Positions 38,514-47,700 of a stretch of 64,000 nt of DNA are shown in pieces (position 1 is the stretch's first letter; every line of letters starts with the position of its first letter). The notes below the pieces were generated by a model that was not told the DNA's origin, did no database searches, and was given only the letters and a program-made list of their open reading frames with translations. Origin of the DNA: Azolla caroliniana. Taxonomy: Eukaryota; Plantae; Polypodiophyta. Where the stretch lies: contig JBHGNT010000003.1 in the NCBI GenBank assembly GCA_043228905.1, positions 19,964,001-20,028,000 of the forward strand. Direction: 5' to 3'. Both the position numbers and the translations under genes were made by a program.

Positions 38514-41500
38514 TGTTGGGAATCAACGCTTGGATTCACCTTCTTCCCTCGGCCACAACCGAGTAATCGCGGATCAATGCAGCAGAAAATAGGAACCACA
38601 GAGAGAAACACACGTATACACAGGGATTAACGTGGAAAACCCTAGATGGGAAAAACCACGGGAGTACGAGACTCCAAACCAACACTATACAAAGAAGTAT
38701 ACAATGGCGAGCTGCAAGGCGACGACCTTGAGCTCGCTGTCCTCGCCACAGGCGGCGGAAATACACAGAGACATCGACCTCTTCCTCTCTCTCTCGCGCT
38801 CTATCTCTCTCTCACGGCTGCTCTCTCTTCACTCCTCTAGAGTGGAAAAACAGAAAAATAAATAGCAACAACATAAACTGTTTGCCCTAAGTCATATTTA
38901 TACACATATGACTTTCGGGTTATTTACAAATATAGCCTCAAGGGCTCTTGACAAACATATTCACAAATATGTCCCCGCATCCGGATCTCTCTCTGGGTAC
39001 ATTCAGCATCCGGCTCCGTAACCGGGGTCTTCATCATCCGGCTCCGTAGCCGGGGTCTTCATCATCCGGCTCCGTAACCGCAACCGGGCTTGCCGTCATT
39101 CATCTCCGGACATCCCATCCGGAGGGACCGAAATCCCAACAAACTCCCCCTTCACTTCAGCATGGGATGTCTCTCCAGTCCGATCCTCTTCCGGCATGCT
39201 TCCAGCTTGTCGGGTGTGAGCACCTTGGTCAGCATATCCGACCCGTTCTCGTCCGTGTGGACCTTCCTCAGCACGAACTCCTTGTCTTCTATCCTTTCCC
39301 GGATCCAGTGATATCTTCGCTGGATGTGCTTCGTCCGGGAGTGATAGGCCGCGTTCTTCGCAAGGTGGATTGCACTCTGACTGTCGCAGTAGAGTCGGTA
39401 CTCCTCCTGCTGGATACCGAGCTCTCTAATGAAGTCCTTCATCCATATTATTTCCTTGCCGGCTTCAACAGCCGCCATGTACTCCGCCTCCGTGGTTGAC
39501 AACGCAACCGTCTTCTGCAGTCTCGACTGCCACGAAACAGCTCCCCCTGCATACGTCATCACATACCCTGATGTGGACCGGCTGGTATCTGCATCAGCCG
39601 ACATATCCGAATCGGTGAAGCCGTCGAGTTCGGGCTTACCGGAGCCGAATCGGAGGCACACGTCTGCCGTGCCCTTCAGGTATCGGAGTATCCACTTGGC
39701 CGCGTTCCAATGCTCTTTGCCGGGATTGCTCATGTACCGGCTCACCACTCCGACAGCGTATCCAATGTCCGGTCTTGTACACACCATTGCGTACATCAAG
39801 CTTCCGACGGCAGAGGCATATGGCACTTTCATCATGTCCTCCTTCTCAGTCTTTGTCTTGGGGCTTTGCTTGCTGGACAACTTGCAGTTTGCCGGGAGGG
39901 TTGACCCGACCGGTCTTGCTTCCGACATGTTGAACCGTTGAAGCACCTTTGTCACGTACTTCTCCTGTGACAGCCACAACTGCTTCTTCTTCCGGTCCCG
40001 GATGATGTGCATCCCTAGTATTTGCCTCGCCGGACCCAGGTCCTTCATTGAGAAGGTTCGGTGAAGAGCCTTCTTCAGCATCCGTATCTTGACCTGGTCC
40101 CGTCCGACGATCAACATGTCGTCCACGTACAAGAGGAGTATTAGAGAGTCTCCTCCTTCGAACTTCTTCACAAACACGCAGTGGTCGGACTGCGTTTTGA
40201 GGTACCCTTCGTCGGTCATGAAGGAGTCGAACTTCCGGTACCATTGCCGGGGAGCCTGCTTCAGTCCGTAAAGGCTCTTCTTCAACCGGCATACCAGGTG
40301 CTCCTTCCCTTTCTTCTCGAATCCTTCCGGTTGCTGCATGTAGATCTCTTCATCGAGGTCACCGTGAAGGAATGCCGTCTTCACGTCCATCTGTTCTACC
40401 TCGAGGTCCATGCTTGCCGCTATGCTCAGCACCGTCCGGATGGAGGTCATCTTCACTACCGGGGCAAATATCTCGTCGAAGTCGACGCCCTTCTTCTGCT
40501 GAAACCCCTTCACCACGATCCTGGCTTTGTATCTCGGGGGGTTTCCGGCATCTCCCGGTTTCAGCTTGAACACCCACTTGTTTCGAAGTGCCCGCTTTCC
40601 TTTCGGCAACTCCACAAGTTCATATGTGTGGTTCTCATGCAGGGAATCCATCTCGTCCTGCATGGCACTCAACCACCTGCGGCTCTGGGTGTCATGTTTT
40701 GCTTCTTCAAAGCTCTCCGGGTCCCCCTCGTCGGTTAGCAGCACGTGCTCTGGTTCCGGAAATCTCCGGGGGGCCCTTCTTTCTCTTAGAGGATATCTCC
40801 GTTCCGGAGCTTCGGTAACCGGTTCTTCCGATTCTTCTTCATCCGAATCCATTTCGGGATCGGGGCCGGTTCCGGTATCATTTTCATCTTCCTCGGCCGG
40901 TTCTGTTTCTTCACCGTCTTCGGCCGGATCCTCGAGTGCTGACCGGTCCCTTGCCGGTCGGGACTGCTCCTCGTAGAGTTGATCCTCACCGGTCGACTTG
41001 GAGCTCTTCATCTTCTTCTCTGACTCCCAGTCGGCGAGTGTCTTGTCCTCCATGAAGATGATATCTCGACTCCTGAATATCTTCTTGTCGACCGGGTCCC
41101 ATACTCGGTAGCCGAACTCGTCGTCGCCGTAACCGAGGAATATGCATGGCCGGGTCTTTGGATCTAGCTTTCCTCTCCGGTCCTTTGCCACATGCACGTA
41201 TGCGAGACACCCGAACACCTTCAGATGCCGGTAGGATACTTCCTTACCGGTCCACACTCTCTGCGGCGTGTCTCCGTCCAAAGGTACTGAGGGTGATCTA
41301 TTTATCACATATGTCGCCGTCGACATTGCCTCAGCCCAAAATCCCTTGGGTAATTTCGCATGCGCCAGCATACTCCGGACCCTCTCCATTATGGTCCGGT
41401 TCATCCTCTCGGCCAGCCCGTTTAGTTCCGGCGTCTTCGGCACAGTAAACTCGAGCCGGATTCCCTTCGAGCGACAGTACTCCTGGAACTGCCCCCGGTA

Positions 41501-43959
41501 TTCCCCTCCGTTATCCGCTCGTATCGCTTTCAGCTTCTTGCCGGATTCTCTTTCCACTCTCGCGTGGAGTTCTTTGAAGACACACAACACTTGGTCCTTT
41601 GTCTTCAACGGTGCCGTCCACAGCTTCCGGCTGTGATCATCAATGAATGTTACGAAGTATTGGGCTCCGCCATGTGACTTCGTTTCTACCTGACACACAT
41701 CAGTGTGCACCAACTCCAATGGTGCGCCACGTCTCGTCGGTGGCCTTGAGTGGAAAGAGGTTCGGTTCTGCTTACCGGCCAGGCAATCGGTGCACTTCTC
41801 CAGGTGCACATGCTTCACTGGAATAAGGTTGTCTTCTGCAAGCCTCTTCATCCCTTTCTCACTCATGTGGCACAGTCTCTTGTGCCACAGCTCACCGGCA
41901 GTGTCGGCTGCCACGTTCAACTCTTCCGGACATAACCGGGCATTCATCAGGTACAGTGTGTTGACTTTCCGGGCCCGAGCCACTATCAAGCTCCCCTTGC
42001 TGAACTTCATTACGCCGTTCCGGATGCTACCTGTGTAGCCTTCATCGTCTAGCCTCCCGGCCGAAATCAGGTTCAATCGAACCTCCGGAACGTGTCGGAC
42101 ATCCTTCAGCAGCATTTTGCATCCGGTCGGGGTTGTCAACCACACGTCTCCTATGCCGGCAATCCGGCACGTACCTTCATTTCCCATCCGAACACAGCCA
42201 TGCTCACCGGCTGTGTAGGATGAGAAGTATCTTCTCTCCGGGGTCAGGTGGAACGATGCTCCGGAATCGACCACCCAGGTCGTCTCATCGCCGGCAACGT
42301 TTAGCTCACCTTCTTCGGTGATGAGCATGATTTCTTCCTCACTTGCCGCGAGTGCCGTTGTTCCTTTCCGGTCCTGCCCTCGCCGATCCGAACCTCTCCG
42401 GTCCGTGGCTCCCCGGTATGCACCGTTTCTCTCCGGTGACTTCTTCGAATCGGTATCGTCGGCTCCGTTGTCTTTTCGGTAATGCCGACAATTCTTCCGG
42501 AAGTGCCCCGGCTTCCCACAGTGGAAGCATGTGGGTCTTCCTCTTGACTGGGACCGGGTCCCCGACTTCTCCTGTCTTTGCGGACTCCGGTTCCATTGTC
42601 TTCCCCGTTCCGATTCGGTAAGCAGCGCCTTCGAGTCGGAGACCGGTTCTTTATCTCTCCGACGCGCTTCTTCGTTCAAAATACTTGTCTTTACCGTTTG
42701 TAAGGACAAGTTATCTTCGGTGCAGGAGGTGCTGAGAGTCACCACCAAGTTCTCCCAGCTTTCCGGTAATGTACACATCAGGATGATGGCTTGCATTGCA
42801 TCCTCCAACGGGAACTTGATCGCCGCAAGCTGATTCACGAATCCCATGAACGTGCTTACGTGTTCAACCATACTCTCGCCGTCCCGGTACTTGAGATTCA
42901 CTATCTTCCTCATCAGGGAGGTCCGGTTCAACGCATTCTTCCTCTCATAGAGGCCCGACAGCTTCTTCCACATCTCATATGCGTTGGTGTCGTTCGCCAC
43001 ATGTTGTAGGACGCTTACATCGACATATTGTCGGATCGTCGCTACGGCTTTCCGGTTCAGGAGCTTCCACTCCGACTCAAGTACCCCTTTCGGTATTTCC
43101 GACCTGTCAATCGGTTCGTACAGGTCCCGAACAATCAGAAGATCCTCCATCTTGATCTTCCAGTCGGCGTAATTCTGCGCATTCAGCACCATCATCATCG
43201 GCTGCACGCTGCCGCCGCCTTCCATTTTCTGCAACAGTCGCTCTGATACCAGTTTGTTGGGAATCAACGCTTGGATTCACCTTCTTCCCTCGGCCACAAC
43301 CGAGTAATCGCGGATCAATGCAGCAGAAAATAGGAACCACAGAGAGAAACACACGTATACACAGGGATTAACGTGGAAAACCCTAGATGGGAAAAACCAC
43401 GGGAGTACGAGACTCCAAACCAACACTATACAAAGAAGTATACAATGGCGAGCTGCAAGGCGACGACCTTGAGCTCGCTGTCCTCGCCACAGGCGGCGGA
43501 AATACACAGAGACATCGACCTCTTCCTCTCTCTCTCGCGCTCTATCTCTCTCTCACGGCTGCTCTCTCTTCACTCCTCTAGAGTGGAAAAACAGAAAAAT
43601 AAATAGCAACAACATAAACTGTTTGCCCTAAGTCATATTTATACACATATGACTTTCGGGCTATTTACAAATATAGCCTCAAGGGCTCTTGACAAACATA
43701 TTCACAAATATGTCCCCGCATCCGGATCTCTCTCTGGGTACATTCAGCATCCGGCTCCGTAACCGGGGTCTTCATCATCCGGCTCCGTAGCCGGGGTCTT
43801 CATCATCCGGCTCCGTAGCTTCATCATCCGGCTCCGTAGCCGGGGTCTTCATCATCCGGCTCCGTAGCCAGGGTCTTCATCATCCGGCTCCGTAACCGCA
43901 ACCGGGCTTGCCGTCATTCATCTCCGGACATCCCATCCGGAGGGACCGAAATCCCAACA
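38514..43959 (-). mobile_element. Intact Ty1/Copia LTR retrotransposon E (5446 bp), inserted in gag of B
   Basis: LTRs at 43255-43959 (705 bp) and 38514-39141 (628 bp). TSD GCCGT. PBS TGGTATCAGAGC at 43240-43251. PPT AGGGGGAG at ~39144-39151. Confidence 0.97.
39152..43225 (-). CDS. Copia (Tnt1-like) gag-pol polyprotein (element E)
   Basis: CFHCGKPGHFRKNC, VDSGAS, integrase core, RT YVDD, RNase H. The first ATG after the PBS is at 43225. The ORF-track start at 43267 lies inside the LTR. Confidence 0.95.
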   Translation of the reverse strand: MEGGGSVQPMMMVLNAQNYADWKIKMEDLLIVRDLYEPIDRSEIPKGVLESEWKLLNRKAVATIRQYVDVSVLQHVANDTNAYEMWKKLSGLYERKNALNRTSLMRKIVNLKYRDGESMVEHVSTFMGFVNQLAAIKFPLEDAMQAIILMCTLPESWENLVVTLSTSCTEDNLSLQTVKTSILNEEARRRDKEPVSDSKALLTESERGRQWNRSPQRQEKSGTRSQSRGRPTCFHCGKPGHFRKNCRHYRKDNGADDTDSKKSPERNGAYRGATDRRGSDRRGQDRKGTTALAASEEEIMLITEEGELNVAGDETTWVVDSGASFHLTPERRYFSSYTAGEHGCVRMGNEGTCRIAGIGDVWLTTPTGCKMLLKDVRHVPEVRLNLISAGRLDDEGYTGSIRNGVMKFSKGSLIVARARKVNTLYLMNARLCPEELNVAADTAGELWHKRLCHMSEKGMKRLAEDNLIPVKHVHLEKCTDCLAGKQNRTSFHSRPPTRRGAPLELVHTDVCQVETKSHGGAQYFVTFIDDHSRKLWTAPLKTKDQVLCVFKELHARVERESGKKLKAIRADNGGEYRGQFQEYCRSKGIRLEFTVPKTPELNGLAERMNRTIMERVRSMLAHAKLPKGFWAEAMSTATYVINRSPSVPLDGDTPQRVWTGKEVSYRHLKVFGCLAYVHVAKDRRGKLDPKTRPCIFLGYGDDEFGYRVWDPVDKKIFRSRDIIFMEDKTLADWESEKKMKSSKSTGEDQLYEEQSRPARDRSALEDPAEDGEETEPAEEDENDTGTGPDPEMDSDEEESEEPVTEAPERRYPLRERRAPRRFPEPEHVLLTDEGDPESFEEAKHDTQSRRWLSAMQDEMDSLHENHTYELVELPKGKRALRNKWVFKLKPGDAGNPPRYKARIVVKGFQQKKGVDFDEIFAPVVKMTSIRTVLSIAASMDLEVEQMDVKTAFLHGDLDEEIYMQQPEGFEKKGKEHLVCRLKKSLYGLKQAPRQWYRKFDSFMTDEGYLKTQSDHCVFVKKFEGGDSLILLLYVDDMLIVGRDQVKIRMLKKALHRTFSMKDLGPARQILGMHIIRDRKKKQLWLSQEKYVTKVLQRFNMSEARPVGSTLPANCKLSSKQSPKTKTEKEDMMKVPYASAVGSLMYAMVCTRPDIGYAVGVVSRYMSNPGKEHWNAAKWILRYLKGTADVCLRFGSGKPELDGFTDSDMSADADTSRSTSGYVMTYAGGAVSWQSRLQKTVALSTTEAEYMAAVEAGKEIIWMKDFIRELGIQQEEYRLYCDSQSAIHLAKNAAYHSRTKHIQRRYHWIRERIEDKEFVLRKVHTDENGSDMLTKVLTPDKLEACRKRIGLERHPMLK

Positions 43960-44648
43960 GCCGTCGAGGCATATTTGCACCATCTCATCATCGTCCACAT
44001 TGACGCTTATCGAGCCGAGCGAGTCGTAAAGCTCCTTGATCTTTAAGGTGTAGCTTGTAATGGATATATCCCGTTGTTGAATGTTGTTCAACTCTTGGCG
44101 GAGTTGAAGCTTTCTCGCGCTAGTGTTGGTGGCGAGAATCTTTCGTAAATTCTCCCACACTTCCTTCGGCGTCTCGGCGTCTCGAATGTAGCTGAGCGTG
44201 TGAAGAATCAGGTGTGATTCTTGTGTAGCGGAAGAGATGTGTGTTATGTGTATGAGTGAGAGGAATTAGAGGAGAGATGAGAGAACACAAGATAGATAGA
44301 CAAATGAATACTCAAGAAGAAGGTGTATATTGCACAAGTAGAATAAGAATTACAAAATGTAGCATAATAATAAGTCACAACCGACTTTGTATGAAGTGTG
44401 AGGAGGGTGCTTTATATATAGTCACCCTCTCTCTTCATTAACTAACTACAATCTACAACAACCACTCTCTCTCTTGGGGAATGTGAAGACTCATAGTCAT
44501 GGGGAATATGTAACTCATTAGTTATGTGTCATAGAATATGATTCTATGACACATAGTTAATCTGTAGAGAGTAGTGGTGTGACTCTTGACCTTTGATTCT
44601 CAAAAGGTGTGTTCACATGTTGTGTTATGTTGAGCTTGATTCTCAACA

Positions 44649-44779
44649 CTATCACATCAAAGAACGGGTGCCTTTTTAGGCATCCCAAACTAACGACACA
44701 AGAGGCTAACTAAGTGGCTTCTTTGGAAGCTTCTGTGGTTGAAATATATTCAATCTCCATAGTAGATAATGCAACTATC
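44649..44779 (-). mobile_element. Old Copia element A, RNase H segment between insertions B and D
   Basis: ALSTMEIEYISTTEASKEAT, a degenerate form of the ALSTTEAEY motif. Confidence 0.8.
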
Positions 44780-47700
44780 TGTCGAATACATGTGTATAAT
44801 GGACGTATTCACACTATCCTGTTTTGGCCATTTATGTAATTAGCATAAAGGGTAGTTGCCCTAAGTCGGTCACTATATATAGTGACCTTGTAACCTCTTT
44901 GTGAGGTTGGGTTGTTGTATTATTGCCTTGTGAAATAAAGAGTTCTTTTGTGCCTCTCTCTCTCTCTCACTCTCTCTCTGTGCAACGACATAGAAACAGT
45001 CATACGCAGGTATTCAGAAAGACTCGAATGCTCCTTGATCTTCCGCAAAGACGACATTGTCTCCAACATCTGGTATCAGAGCCTGCACAGTAGTCGGTCC
45101 TTCAATCCGCTGTCGGCCGTCGTCTCAGCATTCGGTTTCCTGCGTCATTCGAAAAAGAGAGAAGAAGAACAAAAAAAAAACGAGGTTTTGCACCTCATCG
45201 CGTTAGATCCTCTTGCTTGGAGTAAGCCATCAGGTTGTACTCTGTTCCTTGTGATCGTAACCGCTCGAGGTGAAATCCCCTTGTGTATCATTGACACGAT
45301 CGTGCTCCATTCGGTTAAACGGCATCCGAAGTAGTCAACAAACGCTGCTCGCCGCTCGTTGTAACCACTCGGTGCAGATCGGTCTCAAGACAACAACCCC
45401 AAATTCGTGCTTCATCTGGCTGATCGACATTCGAGAGGATCAGTTGGATCTGCCTCTCTCGTCGCTGCAGCCACCCGAAGCAGAATCGGTCCAGATAATC
45501 GGTTTCAATAATCGGTATTCGGCATATACATCCGAAGCGAACCGGGCTCACCCCGACTCGGCAACATTCGGGAAGACCAGTCGGTTCTGTCCCTCAAGTT
45601 ACCGGAGTCAATTCGAGCAAGTTCAACAATACATATATCCGAAGCCGAACCGACTCGGGTTCAAATCCGACTAGAACGATATCGGGTGAGCCAACCGGCT
45701 GCACCTCAACAAGGTTCGTAGTCAACTCCGAACCGAGCTCCGTCAACCGAAACCAAATTTGATGGCATCAACATCCGGCTCGTCAGAAATGAGTCTACGA
45801 AAGTTCGATGGATCGAACTTCAACTTCTGGAAGGAACAAATGCAGGACTATCTCATAGTCAAGGGGCAAATCGATCCCATCGAAAATGAAGAACCTCTAG
45901 AAGGATACAAACCAATTGAGTGGCAGAAGCTGGACAGAATCGTCCGCGCCACGATTCGGATGCACCTATCGGAATCGGTATACTTTACGGTGCAATCGTG
46001 TACGACAGCATTCGAACTGTGGAAAACACTGTCGGACACTTACGAAAAGAAGGTCGCCGCAACGAAGATGTTTCTGATCCGGCGCCTCTACAACTTGCGG
46101 ATGAAAGAATCCGATTCGGTTCAAGCACATCTCAATGAGTACGAAAGCATAAGCTCCCAAATCTCATCTCAGGGGACGGCAATCGAGGATGAACTCAGAG
46201 CAATGATACTCATGAGCAGCCTTCCCTCATCATGGGAAACTTTCGTCACAACCGTGTGCAACGCGTCAACCACGGCTGTTAAATACTCCGAAGTCACGAG
46301 CGCAATCCTGACCGAAGCAGCTCGGAGAAAGTCTTTCGCCAAAGACTCAACAGATGACGCTTACGTAGTACAAGGTTCGACAGACCGATCGAACATACGA
46401 GGAAGAGATTCCTCACGACCGCCGAACAATCAGCGAAGACGGAGCCAGTCACGGGATAACCGAATCTGCAACTATTGCAAGAAACCCGGACACATCAAAG
46501 CCGACTGCCGCGCACTCAAGAACAAGAACAACAAGAAGAGTGGCCGGCATGAGGAGATCAATTACGTCAGCTTCTCAGCTGATGTACTACCGGACGACCC
46601 GAATATACTATCAATCGAAAATCCAGTCGGATCAGAAGTTCTACTCACGACTGAAGAATCGAGCACATGGCTCTTAGATTCGGGCGCGTCATTTCACGTG
46701 ACTCCTCATCGATCCCAATTTCGGCAATATACGATCCGTCACTCCGACTCAGTTCGAGTCGGCAACTCACAACACTGTGACATCATCGGAATCGGCACAG
46801 TAGAGCTCAACCTTGCAGGTGGCTCTACACTTGTACTCCACAATGTCCGACATGTACCCGAGCTCTCAAGGCCATTGATCTCAGTCGGACAACTAGATGA
46901 AGACGACATTCGTGCCGGTTTTTCTTCAGGAGGGTGGACACTCCACAGGGGGAACCTCCTGCTTGCTAGAGGACCCAAGATACACTCCCTGTATCCGTTA
47001 CATGTTACGCTCAGAGAGGGTAACCTGTTTTTGGTGGATATTCCTGTGTCATCACTATGGCACCGAAGATTAGGACACCTCAGCAAGGCCGGCATCACGC
47101 ACCTATCTAGAGCCGGATACATCCCCAAACTCTCCTTCTCGGACCATCAATTCTGCGAGCATTGCCAGTATGGCAAACAAGTAGCCGCATCACACCCGAC
47201 ATCAGCACCAAGAGAAACGAGACCTCTTGATTTGGTCCATTCGGACGTCTGTGGCCCAATGCCGCATCAGTCTCTAGGCGGTGCCTCTTACTTCGTCATT
47301 TTTATTGACGATTCGACTCGAAAGGTGTGGGCTTATCCAATTCGCACCAAAGATCGTGTCTTCTCGATCTTCTCCGATTGGCTCGCTATGGTAGAAAATC
47401 AAACCGACCGAAAACTGAAATGCTTTCGGACCGACAATGGGGGAGAGTTCAAATCAGAAGAATTCGTCAAATTCTGCCGACAACGCGGCATCCGACGTGA
47501 ATTTACGGCACCACACAGCCCGGAGCAAAACGGGATTGCCGAACGCATGAATCGGACAATCCAAGAACGGATAGTTTCCATGCTTCAACACTCCGGACTG
47601 TCGGATGGCTTCTGGGCAGAGGCTCTACTCACGGCAGTACACATAATCAATATGTCGCCAAGTAGACCTCTAGGACTTCAAATTCCTCAGGAACTATGGA

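Larger units (their letters stand above)
29857..44648 (-). mobile_element. Copia element B, internally deleted, inserted in A and host to elements C and E
   Basis: LTRs at 29857-30308 and 44199-44648 (TG..CA, ~450 bp, few differences). TSD CTATC at 29852-56 and 44649-53. PPT at 30309-30320. Gag at 43960-44198 and 37825-38513, integrase at 36700-37660, partial RT at 30410-30850. The PBS, 5' gag, 3' RT and RNase H are missing. Confidence 0.9.

Noticed and set aside
39008-39080. 28-bp palindromic repeats as a CRISPR array
   Set aside because: The units are head-to-tail with no unique spacers, and they lie inside a eukaryotic LTR.
39167-43172. Many antisense ORFs over element E
   Set aside because: They are shadow ORFs expected opposite a GC-rich coding sequence.
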